This document shows, one piece after another, positions 11,077 through 23,327 of a DNA stretch of 64,000 nt. The translations under genes were made by a program, and so were the position numbers. Numbering within the stretch: the first letter of the stretch is position 1; every line of letters begins with the position of its first letter. The notes beneath the pieces were generated by a model. The model was not told where the DNA came from. It saw nothing but the letters and a program-made list of their open reading frames with translations, and did no database searches. The DNA comes from Squalus acanthias (Eukaryota): positions 32,676,001-32,740,000 of the forward strand of contig CM059432.1 of assembly GCA_030390025.1 (NCBI GenBank), in the 5' to 3' direction.

Positions 11077-11175
11077 CTCCATGCGGCGGATATCGATGGA
11101 CAACACCGTTGTGAAGAAAAACATCTGCAGAAAGAAATCGGAAACGAGTCCAACCACAGCAAACAGGCAAAATTC
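11077..11175 (-). CDS. SCAP: SCAP coding exon (approx. human exon 11), TM6 and the ME of MELADL
   Basis: ttaacag|GAA TTT ... ATG GAG|gtaaga; [33 protein letters not shown]; 99 nt. Confidence 0.97.
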
Positions 11176-11593
11176 CTGTTAAGAATTGGGTGGGTGGGAA
11201 AGGGGCAAATGGGGAAGATGCACAGAACAAAACAAGGAGGAAAAGTTTAATATACGGCACAGCTTTTAGAAAATATATAAAATGATAAGACATGAACTAA
11301 GTTGAATTAGGAGAAGGAACGCAAACACATTAAGCAGTAAAATTAAGGCAGGATATATTCTCAATAAGCTACTGTAATTATATTCTAAAGGAACGATTCA
11401 CACCCAAAACCCGTCCTTTGTCTTTACACGTTGACAAACCCACTGTGTATTTCTAGCATTTTCTATTTTTATTTCAGATTTTTATCTATGCAAATACGTA
11501 GTACTAGCTTAATTGGGCTTATTTAAGTTCGTGCTATTTAAAAATATATATTTTCTAAACCCGAGATAGCACCAAACAGCTTGGAAATCAATT

Positions 11594-12113
11594 TTACTGC
11601 ATCAGTACTTTCAAATGGAAAACAAACCAACATCTCACAAAACATTTATGTCACAGCAACAGGACTAAGTTTATTTCCCCTCCCGCAACATGATATAATT
11701 TAGCATCTTCTCATTCTATTTCCAATTATGCATTTCAAAGATCACAGACGTCCTCCTTCAATTTCCAAAACCACTTCATCTGGTTTCCTCTCTCACTTCA
11801 AAAGCATCCTAAAATCTATTGCTTTAAAAGTGCTTTTGGTTCCCTCTTTCCTAATTTGTCATATGTCCTTCTCGGCCTCTTTCCTTTATAAAGCATTCTG
11901 AGACTCTGACAAAAAATTATATTACTGCATCAGTACTTTCAAATGGAAAACAAACCAACATCTCACAAAACATTCATGTCACAGCAACAGTACTAAGTTT
12001 ATTTCCCCTCCCACAACATGATATAATTTAGCATCTTCTCATTCTATTTCCAATTATGCATTTCAAAGATCACAGATGTCCTCCTCAATTTCCAAAACCA
12101 CTTCATCTGGTTT
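11594..12113 (+). repeat. ~192-bp direct duplication (11594-11786 and 11922-12113)
   Basis: Near-identical copies ttactgcatcagtac...catctggttt with a few substitutions. Confidence 0.92.
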
Positions 12114-12405
12114 ATGATCACGCTATTGGGGGTATTCTATAGACCTCCAAATAGTGAGAGGGAGGTAGAGGAGCAAATCTGCAGGGAAATCGCAGAGATA
12201 TAGAGTGGTGATATTGGGGGACTTTAATTACCCAAATATCGATTGGGATAATGCTTGGGTAAAGGGAAAGGAATTTCTGAAATGTGTTCAGGAGTATTTC
12301 CTTGACCAGTATGTTCTAGGCCCAACTAGGAAGGAGGCATTGCTGAATCTGGTGCTGGGAAATGAGGTGGGCCAGGTCGACCAAGTGTCTGTGGGAAAAT
12401 ACTTG

Positions 12406-15400
12406 GGGCTCGATTTTAATAGCCTTGAGGAGGTGGGTCTGTTGGGAAAATCGGGAAAAATGGCTTCAGACACCCAAACAGCCTCGATCCCGCCCCCACC
12501 CGATTTTCGTGAGTGTCTGTTCAGCCACTCCCAAACTGACCCGTCTCCAACCGGTGGGACAGGTAGTTAAGGCAGTTAACAGCCTGTTAACTGCCTTGCT
12601 AATCATATTTTCACAGTGGTTTCCCATTTTCCTGCTTCTGGCTCCTAATTCCCGACTTGTCAGAAACAGGCCAGGTTCAAGGAGACGAGTTGCTGGAGGA
12701 CATGATTTGTATGCATTGGTGGAGTGCTTTAAAAGCGCACCTGAAACATGGCTGACATTCAAATGCAACAACTTTGCTGTTGTGTGTATGGGATAACATT
12801 CTGCACATCTATTGACCTTCTGACTGTTCAAGCTGACACCCATCTGCAGTGTGCCATGAATGGAATAATTTCAGCTCACTTCAACTATGCGCTTGCAAGA
12901 TTGTTGCCTCAAATGAAATCTATAGCAAGGGGATGGGGAACATTTATGGCCTCTCATCCTGGTCCTCATAATCGGGGGAGTAGCAGTCGCGTGGCTCAGC
13001 ACAGATCTTCCTGGGAAGAGGAGGAGGAGGAGGACGAGGGGAGCCTTGCATGCCCTGTTGTGACCAATGCAGCATTCCCTCCAGTTCACTGCTGCCCGTC
13101 AACCAGGGTATGCACACTGCCATGCCACATTACAAATGCAAGTCGCCCTGAGCCCTCAATGCGCTTTTGCCATTTCCCATAACACATAGGCCAGACAATC
13201 AACTGTTTGACATAAATTAACACATGACAAAAGGATAATATACCAGCAAGAGTCAGAAAAAAAAGAAACATCACCCAAGTGAGTCCCCTTGTGACTATAG
13301 GTGCTTAATCTTTCTCTTATGCGTGCTTCTACGTGGTGCTTCCCTTGTGGCTTCAGCAGATATAGAGGCACCTTGCTGACTAGGATGCTGCGCCTGCTTA
13401 GACGCCTTTGGCAGGCGTCCTCTGGGTTTGGGAGCCTGGGAGGGCTTTTCAACAGTCTGCTCTTCCTGCGGCTGTGCAGGGGCTGAAACGGCCATCTCAG
13501 TTGTCGCTGCAAAGTGGGTCTCTGACCGAGGGCTCCGCAGTGGCATGGTCGTGTGAGCGCTTTGAGGGGAGCCCACACTGCCTTCTGTCCTGCCAACAAC
13601 ATCCCTCTCATGAGTCAGCCGCACCTCAGTGCTGGCAAGTGGCAAGAGAGCACCTTGCTGCACTTCAGGGGGACCATGAGGACCCGTATCTGCACTGGCA
13701 GTCCTCCTCAAAAGGACGTCCATGAAGCTCTGGTCTCTCTGCTCAATAGCTGCCCATCGCTCCTCCAGAGATGTCATTCTATTCTGAACAGTCACCATGT
13801 TTTCCTGACTCTGGCAACTTATTACCTCCATGGCCATAGCCATCCTTTTCACTGAGGTAGCCAACCTTTCCACAGAGGTTGCCATCCTATCCATGGCAGT
13901 GCATTCATGCGCCATTGCCTCCACCACGGCAGTGCTGATGTTAGAGATGGACTCCTCCATTATCTCCACACTCGCACTAACCCTGGAGGCAAACCCTTCC
14001 AGAGACACCTGCACTTGTTCCTGTATTTCATGAACCGCTTTTTTTCTGGATGGCCCCAGAGGCACAGCGTCTGCATGCAGCTCAGCAGAGCTAGGAGTCC
14101 TGCGACCTCCGCCGAGGACTCTCCACTGCTGTCGCTGTCTCCACCATCTGCTGATGCTCACTTGTGCGCTGTGATCGACCAGGTGGCAACACTACTCTAA
14201 CTCGCGATGGCCCCACCAAGGTGTGCGTTGCTGCGCTGGTGCTGGGTGCGCTGAGTCCTGGTGACGCTGGTCCCTCAGAGGCTTCAGGTTCCTCTGAGGA
14301 GATATCTTCGTCCTGGATCATGGGGAGGGGGGCGCTCGATGGTCCTGTGGGAGAGTAAAGGCTTGACTTAGACATCTGATATTGATGTAGCAGACACATC
14401 CTTTTGAGCAGATGATACAAAGCGATTCTCTATAAACATCATATTCCATTGCTTTCTGAGAGGGATGAAACTCTATTATGTCACGAGTTTCCTTTAGTGT
14501 GCCCGTCTCTCCATCGCCTACTTCCAGGACCTCACCACCTCCAACAATCTCGTTTGTTGCCTCCTCAACTGGTCAATGTTGCTAGGGTAGGTGTTCCTCC
14601 TCCAGTAATTGCTCTCTCCCTCTTATTGTGGGCTATCTTTTCCTGCAAGGAGGGACACAAGTGATGGAGTGAGTGTGATTAATCCCTACCATAGAAGCTT
14701 TGAGTGAGACAAAGATGGGGTAAGGTGCCAAGAGGAAGGTAGCTCCCTGTGCGTTGTTAGTTGTTGTCACTGCATGACAGTGAGAGCGAGTCTAAAGGGT
14801 GCATAGGCAGGATGCTGAAGTGATTCAGTGCAGAGACAGAGATGGATAGGAAAGGGTGCAAGGGAAGTAAGAGTAAGGTGGCATGTGAAGGAGGAGGCTT
14901 ACAAGGCAGTGTGCTGGTGATGAGAAGAGAAGGGAAGCAGAGTGAAGGCAAGTGAGATGGGATACTCACTTTTGATGTTCTCACAAGATCATTAAACCTT
15001 TTTCGGCACTGGAGCCATGACCGTGCATAAATGGACCTTGCGCTCACCTCCTGATCAATGCGCAGCAAGGCTGCCTTGGTCTGCTGACGAGGGTTCCTCC
15101 GGCTATCAGGAGGGAAGAGAATCTCCCTGCGCCCTCTGACAGCATCCACAAGAACTTGGAGGGACTCATCATTAAAACGGGGAGCTGCCCTGCCTCGGGA
15201 AGAAGTCATAGCGTTTAAATCAAGTGCAGGAAACCACAATAGAAAGGCTCAGGCTGGATGGCAGCTTTAAAAGCAGCTGCTATTAAGACGTCATCAGAGG
15301 CGGCCAGCCGACCCTATCCCACTCATTGGACCGGCCAGCGCGCCTCCTTGAAATGAACAAGCTTGTTTAATAAAAATCGCAACTCTGCAACTGTTCCCGC

Positions 15401-15471
15401 CAGAAGCGACTCCCGAACCCGCCCACCACACAACCCGACTCCAACCCGCCTCGGGAATTAAAATTGAGCCC
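12406..15471 (-). mobile_element. Non-autonomous Harbinger DNA transposon (3066 bp) carrying a decayed Myb/SANT gene
   Basis: TIRs GGGCTCGATTTTAAT / ATTAAAATTGAGCCC (14/15); TSD TTG at 12403-12405 and 15472-15474; no transposase core visible. Confidence 0.88.
13295..15209 (-). pseudogene. Harbinger Myb/SANT-like DNA-binding protein, 3 exons, frameshifted
   Basis: Exon 1 15209-14970 (RAAPRFNDESLQVLVDAV...RSWLQCRKRFNDL) ends |gtgagt; exon 2 from 14642 (EKIAHNKRERAITGGG) has a frameshift and stop; long acidic/coiled-coil exon 3 ends RRSTHKRKIKHL. Confidence 0.82.
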
Positions 15472-15840
15472 TTGGGTTCAAGTGATCATCGTATCATAAG
15501 ATTTAGATTAGCAATGGAGAGGAGCAAGGAACAATCTAGAGTGAAACTTCTAAACTGGATTAGGGCTAACTTCAATGGAGTGCGAAAGGATCGAGTCAGG
15601 GTAAAATAGAACCAAAGACTGACAGGAAAAACTGTAATGGAACAATGGGTGAGCTTTAAGGAACAGATGTTCCAAGTGCAGGTTAGGTACATTCCAACAA
15701 GAGGGAAGGGTAAGGGAACCAAAGCAAGGGCTCCTTGGATGACGAGGGAGATAGAGAAGATGATGAAACAAAAAAAGAGGGTGTATGATGTATGTCAGGT
15801 GAATTCTTCAAGGGAGAACCAGACCAAGTACTTTGCATCA

Positions 15841-16562
15841 TGAAATAAAAAGAGGAAATGCTGGAAATACTCAGCAGGTCAGGCAACATCTGTGGAGAGA
15901 GAAACAGGGTTAATGTTTCAGGTCGATGACCCTTTGTCAGAACTGGAAAAAGTTGGAGATGGAACAGGTTTTTAAGCAAGTGTCGGGGCAGGGAAAGGGG
16001 GGAGGGGAGGAAATAACAAAAGGGAAGGTCTGTGATAGGATGGAAGGCAGGAGAGATTAAGAGACAAAAGGGATGATGGTGCAAGGCAAAAGGAGATGGT
16101 AATGGGACAAGGTAAGAAACAAAAGATGACTCTAGATGAAGTATAAATGGCACTGGCAGAATGATCGACAGCTGCCATGTGAGAGAGAAAAAAATGAAAT
16201 GAAAAAAAAGAGAGGGGCAGAGGTTATGGTCTGAAATTGGTGAACTCGATGTTGAGTCCAGAAGGCTGTAAAGTCCCTAATCGAAATATGAGGTGCTGTT
16301 CCTCGAGCTTACGTTGAGCTTCATTGGAACAGTGTAAGAGGCCGAGGACGGAGAGGTCAGAGTGGGAATGGAGCGGAGAAGTAAAGTGACAGGTGACTGG
16401 AAACTCGGGGTCACCCTTACGGACTGAACGGCGGTGTTGCGCAAAGCGGTCACCCAATCTGCGTTTGGTCTCCCCAATGTCGAGGAGACCGCATCATGAG
16501 CAGCGAATACAGTATACTAAATTGCAAGAAGTACAAGTAAATCGCTGTTTCACCTGGAAGGA
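15841..16562 (-). mobile_element. Penelope-like element 3' part (GIY-YIG endonuclease plus pseudo-LTR)
   Basis: FTCTSCNLVYCIRCS...IGETKRRLGDRFAQH...EEQHLIFRLGTLQPSGLN; degenerate TSD gtactttgcatca / atactttgtatcg. Confidence 0.88.
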
Positions 16563-18254
16563 ATACTTTGTATCGGTGCTTACTAAGGACGTGGATGCTG
16601 ACAAAATATCGGTAGCAGTGGAAAAGGTAGAAGCAATGGAAGGGGTGAAAATTGATAGACAGGATGTACTAGAAAGGGTGGGTATGCTTAGAGTGGATAA
16701 GTTGCCTGGTCCAGATGGCTTGCACCCCAGATTGCTAAGGGAATTGGGGGAGGAGATAGCAGAAGGGCTTGCCATAATTTTCCAATCTTCCCTAGATGCG
16801 GGGGAGGTGCCTGAGGATTGGAAAGTGGCAAATGTGACACCATTGTTCAAGAAAGGGTGTAAGGACAATCCTAGTAACTACAGTTTAACATCAGTGGTGG
16901 GTAAAGTTTTAGAAACAATAATCAAGGAAAAAATGAACGGGCACTTGGAGAGGTTTAAGCTAATTAAGGAGAGCCAACACGGATTTGTAAAAGGCAGATC
17001 ATGTTTGACTAATCTAATTGAATTTTTTGATGAAGTAACACGGAGGATTGATGAAGGGAATGCAATGGATGTTGTCTACATGGATTTTAGGAAGGCGTTT
17101 GACAAAGTACCACATAGAAAACTGGTTAAAAGTGAGGCTCATAGAATAGGTGGGTCAGTGGCAGCTTGGATAAGGAATTGGCTTAAGGACAGAAAACAGC
17201 GACTTGTGGTAAATGGCTGTTTTTCACACTGGAGGATGGTAGACAGTGGTGTTCCCCGAGGGTCAGTGCTGGGACCACTGCTTTTTTTTATATATATATA
17301 ATAAATGACCTGGATATTGGAATACAAAGTAGAATTTCTAAATTTGCTGATGACACCAAACTTGGAGGTGTGGCAAACAGTGAGGATGATACCAATCGAC
17401 TGCAACAGGACATAGAAAGGCTAGCAGAATGGGCAGACAAGTGGCAGATGGAATTTAATAGAGAAGTGTGAGGTGATGCATTTTGGCAGAAGGAACAGGG
17501 AGAGGCAATATACACTTAATGGCACAGTTTTAAAGAGTGTGCAGAGACAGAGGGACCTGGGAGTTAATGTGCATAGGTCCCTGAAGGTGGCAGGACATAT
17601 TGAGACAGTGGTTAGCAAAGCACATGGGTCCTTGGGTTTCATAAATAGAGGTATTGAGTACAAAAGTAGAGAAGTTATGCTGAATCTTTATAAAGCGCTG
17701 GTTAGGCCACAACTGGAGTATTGCGTCCAGTTCTGGTCACCACACTTTAGGAAGGTTGCGAAGGCCCTTGAGAGGGTGCAGAGGAGGTTTACCAGACTGG
17801 TTCCGGGGATGGGGGATCTTAGCTACAAGGACAGGTTGGAGAAGCTGGATTTGTTTTCATTAGAGCAAAGGAGGTTGAGGGGTGATTTGATAGAGGTGTA
17901 CAAGATTATGACGGGTTTGGATAGGCTAGACGGAGAAAGGCTGTTCCCACTAGTGGATGGTACAAGGACTAGGGGACACAGAGTTAAGGTTTTGGGCAAG
18001 AGATACAGGGGGGATGTGAGGAAAAACTTTTTTACGCAGTGAATGGTGAGGACCTGGAACTCGCTGCCGACGGAAGTGGTGGAAGCGGACACACTCATTG
18101 TTTTCAAGGGGAGACTGGATAGGCACTTGAGGGAAATAAATTTGCAGGGCTACGGGGATAGAGTGGGGGAATGGGACTGACTCGATCGCTCTGCAGAGAG
18201 CCGTCACGGACGCGATGGCCCGAATGGCCTCCTTCTGTGCCGTTATGACTTTAT

Positions 18255-19083
18255 GGCCGCGATTTTGTCAGCGCTCAGAGAGGCGGGTTGGAGGTTAAAG
18301 TGCTACTGATTGACGGCGGGTCTCGAACTTGCTGTCATCCCGCCTCCAAACAGCTTTCCCAAGTGTCTGGTCCCCGATTTGCGAATGGACCTGACACCTA
18401 GCGGCAGGAAACGGATTAAAGGCAATTACCTGCCTATTGACAGGTACTTGTCAGTAGTTTTTAGCCGGTTTTTTGGATTTTCCTGCTTCTGGGTCGGGTT
18501 TCCCGACGTCCAGACACCACACCAGGTGTGAGTCTGATGTAATGTTTGTGAAAAGATGACAGCTGCAGAAGTGGTATGAATGCAATGTTGCACATGTTGA
18601 GTTTCAGAGCAAAGAAAATGTTGGCATTTTTTAAACATTTACAGATTTCTTTAGCTTACAAGTTTTTTAATCCAACTATATGTCCAGTGCCACCTCATTG
18701 GGAGAACCTCTCTCACCAGTGACAGATCGCTTCTGCCATCTCACCTGCAGCTGCTATCTATTCCAGCATATGGAGGGAGTCATTATAGAGCCTAGGTGCA
18801 AGAGTTCACCTTTGTGCAGTGATTGTCAGTGTTTTCAGCACCTCAATGCTGTCAAACACTGAGAAATCAACTGTCAAAATAAAATTGTGCATGGTCCCTT
18901 TAAGGAAACCGGACGATGATGTGTCATCAGACCCGCTTCCTGTTAATTGGCCGGTAAGCCTGCAGAGCGGGTTTAACAAGGTCAATCAAGGGAAAATCAC
19001 GTCTGTAGAGCTGGGGGCGGGACTGGAAGCCGGAAACCAGCTGTCCCACACCCATCCCGACACCGCTTACAAAATCGCGGCCC
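18255..19083. mobile_element. Harbinger-type non-autonomous element (MITE)
   Basis: TIR GGCCGCGATTTTGT / ACAAAATCGCGGCC; inserted in the CR1 (atgact)n-like tail; ends uncertain by about 1 nt. Confidence 0.8.
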
Positions 19084-20221
19084 ATGACTCTAGTCTGTAT
19101 TGAATTTTTAACTTGTATTCTTTATTGTTAGAAACAATACCCGAGAGGTTAAGAATCCAGTCACACAAAGTACTTCTCAAACAGCATGAGCTCCGAGACC
19201 AGATAGGCTAGCTGCAGTAGGCCTCACGAGGTGCAATTGTTAGGTAAAACATAATAGGGGGTTTAAGGTGCTAATTGAGTTAAATGGCTCCAGATATCAC
19301 ATTAGATAGCAAGCACAGTATGTCATTGTCAAAGATTGGATATACATTTAATATTGATATAGGAAATTTAGCCATCTGTTTCAGTATATACACTTACACC
19401 GTCCCCGTTTATACTGAACAGCCAATATTGGGAAAATGGCGCTAACCATTTTTGCATTACCACAGGCATCAATTACAAAAGTGCCGCTAAACTGTATTAA
19501 GCGGGCCGGCTATTTCGGGGGCAATTCAAGTAGCTGTTCAGGGTCACCTTCTGTCTGCCCCCATCCAGTCGTTCGCCCTGCAGCACAGTTTTAATATATT
19601 TGAATCACCCCCCTTATTAAACTTTAATTTCAGAAAGATATGCACAAAACATAGTGGCAGCAGTTCAGAAAATTTGAAATTGACAAGGGCAGTCCATAGG
19701 CAGAAACTGCCACAGTCTAACTGTAATTATAAAAGAAGCTGATGATTATATGAACGAAGAAAGATATAAATTTAGCAAACTTCACATTTCACGTTGTTAT
19801 TTAAATCCATAAATTGTCATTTTTATTATTTAAAGTGGTTCCGCTGAGTGGAATTAAAACCATGAAGCTTATGCTTTGTGATTACATTAGCACAAGAAAG
19901 CAGCAGCAACTCAATTATTTTCTGTTTAGGGCTTTTCCCCTCTTAAAAGACATTATTAGGGACTACGGTGGATTTACCATCCACTGTGTATAGCAGGAAA
20001 ATCATGTTAGAACAAATGCATCTGCTACACAGAATCAATGAATCTTACAGCACAGAAGGAGGCCATTCGGCCTGTCGTGCTTGTGCCGGCTCTTTGAAAG
20101 AGCTATCCAATTTAGTCCCACACCCCAGCTTTTTCCCCATAACCCTGCAAATGAGTTATCTTCAGGTATATTACAATTGCCTTTTGAAAGTTCCTATGTA
20201 ATCTGCTTCCACCACTCTTTC

Positions 20222-20420
20222 AAAAATGAGAAGTCGCACAACACCAGGTTATAGTCCAACAGTTTTATTTAAAATTACGAGCTTTCGGTACAAGTACAAG
20301 AAGAAGGAGCAGCGCTCCGAAAGCTCGTAATTTTAAATAAAACTGTTGGACTATAACCTGGTGTTGTGCGACTTCTCATTTTTGTCCACCCTAGTCCAAC
20401 ACCGGCATCTCCGCATCATG
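20222..20420 (+). mobile_element. Short Penelope-like terminal fragment with a perfect 68-bp inverted repeat
   Basis: Arms 20221-20288 and 20317-20384; TSD ACCACTCTTTC at 20211-20221 and 20421-20431; hammerhead-like half GGAGCAGCGCTCCGAAAG. Confidence 0.72.
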
Positions 20421-22609
20421 ACCACTCTTTCAGGTAGTGCATTCCAGATCTTAACAACCCTCTGTGTGAAAAAAATTCTCCTCATTTCCCCTCTACTTCT
20501 TTAGTCAATTATTTTAAATCTATGACCTCTGGTTACAGCCCCCTTGCCAGTGGAAACAGTTTCTCGCTACGTGCTCTATCAAAACCTCTCATAATTTTGA
20601 ATACCTCTATTAGGTCTCTCCTTAACCTCTCTGTTCTAAGGAACACAATCCCAGCTTCTCCAATCTCTCCACATAACTGAAGTCCCTTATCCCTGGTATC
20701 ATCCTGGTACTCTCTCCAAGGCCTTGACATCCTTACTAAAGTGTGGTGCCCGGAATTGTACACAATATTCCAGCTGAGGCCTAACTAGTAATTTGTAAAG
20801 GTTCAGCATGACTTCCTTGTTTTGGTATTTAATGCCCCTATTTACAAAGCCAAGTATCCCATATGCTTTCTTAACTGCCTTAACAACTTGCTCTTCCACC
20901 TTCATAGATTTGTGAATATGCACTCCCAAGTCTCTTTGCTCTTGCACCCCCTCAAAAAAGTACCATTTAGATTGTACTGCCTCTCCATGCTGTTCCTTCC
21001 AAAGTCCATCTCTTCACACTTATCTGCATTAAATTGCATCTGCCATGTGTCTGCCCATTTCGCCAGTCTGTATATGTCCTCCTCAAGTCTGCCACTATCC
21101 TGTTCACTATTTACTACGTTGCCAAGTTTTGTATCATCTGCGAACTTCGAAATTGTACTTACTATACCCAAGTCCAGATCATTTATATATGAAAAGAAAA
21201 GTAATGGTTCCAATACCGAGCCCTGGGGGACCCCACTGCATACTTCTCTCCAGTCAGAAAAACATCCATTCACCACTACTCTAGCTACTATCCCTTAGCC
21301 ATTATATACCCAAGTTACCACCGTCCCTTTAATCCCGTATGCTTCTATTTTCCGAATAAGTCCGTTACGTGGTACTTTATCAAATACCTTTTGAACGTCC
21401 ATATATACAACATCTACTGCACTACTTTCGACTCCCACAGTTACTTCATCAAAGAACTCAATTAGGTTAGTTCATACAGCCTTTCTAGTACCTCCTCTTT
21501 ATCAATTCTTATCTCATCCAGTATCTCCACTACCTCCTCTTTCACTATGACTTTGGCAGCATCTTATTCCTTGAAGTACTCATTTAGTACCTCAGCATGC
21601 CTCTGCCTGCATGCGTAGGCCTCCTTTTTGATCCCTAATCGGCCCCACCCCTTCTCTTACTACCTGTTTATTATTTATATGTCTATAGAAGACTTTTGAA
21701 TTTCCTTTTATGTTGGCTGCCAATCTAACCTCATACTCTCTCTTTGTCCCTCTTATTTTCTTTTTCACTTCCCCTCTGCACTTTCTATATTCAGCCTGAC
21801 TCTCACTTGTATTCTCAATCTGACATCTGTCATACACGCTCTTTTTCTGGTTCATCTAACTCTCTCTCTCTCTCTCTCTCATCCAGGGAGCTCTGGCTTT
21901 AGTTGCCCCACCGTTCCCCCTAGTGGGAATGTACCTCGACTGTACCCGAACTATCTCCTCTTTAAAGGCAGCCCATTGTTCGATTATAGTTTTGCCTGCC
22001 AATCTTTGATTCCAATTTACCCGGGCCAGATCCGTTATTAACCCACTGAAATTTGCCTTCTTCCAATTAAGTATTTTTACTCTAGATTGCTCTGTGTCCT
22101 TTTCCATAGCAAGTCTAAACCTTATGATACTATGATCACTATTCCCTAAATGTTCCTCTACTGACACTTGCTCCACTTGACCCACCTCATTCCGCAGAAG
22201 CAGATCCAGCAATGCCTCCTGCCTCGTTGGGCTGGAAATGTACTGATCGAGAAAGTTCTCCTGAACACACTTCAGAAATTCTTCCCCATCTCTGCCCTTT
22301 ACACTATTACTATCCTAGTCTATATTATGATAATTGAAGTCCCCCATTATTACTATTCTATAGTTCTTGCACCTCTCTGTAATTTCCCTGCAAATTTGAT
22401 CCTCTATATTTTTCCCACTAGTTGGTGGCCTATAGAATACACCCAGTAGTGGAATGGCACCTTTATTATTTTTTAACTCTAACCAAAATAGATTCTGTCC
22501 TTGATCCCTCCAGGACATCCTCTCTCTCTCCAGCACTGTAATATTCTTCTTAACTAATACTGCCACCCCACCTCCTTTCTTTCCTTCCCTATCTTTCCTG
22601 AACACCTTG

Positions 22610-23327
22610 GGGGGAAAATTTGATTGCTTTGCGCCTCCTATTAGCACCCTATTTTAAGAGGGCGCTAACAGGACGCAAAGCAACTCACGCCCGGGCGCGA
22701 CGTCGCCAATGCCTCCCGCGAAATTCAGTGGGAGGTTAGCGGCGGCGCTAACCGTTAGCGCCCCACGGTGCTGTGCCGCTGATGATGACATCATCGCCGT
22801 GCGCAGCTCCCTGCTCGCGATCTTTGGAAGCGCCCCCTGACTTACCGCCGGATGCTATGTCCGACGGGGTCAGGGGGGCCGCGCTATTTAAAGGCGAGGT
22901 GCTGGGTGGCCATTTTTGTTGCTGGCCGCCTACCAGCACCTGCCTCCGCTGCCGTCCCCGGCCTCCTTACCCGCCCCTCCCCGCGGAGTGCCGGCTGCGC
23001 TCCATGAGCCCGGCACTTCTCTTGAGTGTCGGGCTCTTTTGCCGGCACTCCCGATCCCCGGGGGCCCAGCTGGGCCCCGAGTCGCGCTGCGCAAGAAGTG
23101 GAGGAAGACCTGCAATACCGTGGCGTGACGTGAGGCAGTGCGTGGTGCTGCGGCACGTAGCGCCGCGATATTCCCTCGCAGCGCCCCAAGAGGGAGGCGG
23201 GACGCTTCCAGTAGTGCCCCACTTCCTTCTTGGGGCGCTACCAGTCAATTTTGGTCGCGGGGGCGCTAAAAGTAGCACCCTGGCGAAGTTAGCGCCCCAA
23301 AGGGGGCGCAACTCCATTTTTCGCCTC
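22610..23327 (+). mobile_element. GC-rich Harbinger-type MITE (same family as 60073-60756)
   Basis: Extensive identity to 60073-60756; imperfect GGG..AAAATT TIRs; TTG/TTA TSD; CR1 resumes on both sides. Confidence 0.8.

Larger units (their letters stand above)
12114..18250 (+). mobile_element. Long CR1 LINE ORF2 remnant interrupted by a Harbinger (12406-15471) and a Penelope (15841-16562)
   Basis: Endonuclease GDFNYPNIDW ... VGKYL|GSSDH continues across the Harbinger; RT PGPDGLHPRLL, SQHGFVKGRSCLTNL, YMDFRKAFDKVPH; 3' tail near 18240. Confidence 0.92.

Noticed and set aside
13295..14161. 288-aa ORF as an independent host gene
   Set aside because: It is exon 3 of the frameshifted Myb/SANT gene inside a TIR-bounded Harbinger.
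19400..19545. Short inverted match (ctgaacagc / gctgttcag) as a MITE
   Set aside because: A 9-bp match without a TSD or second copy is compatible with chance.
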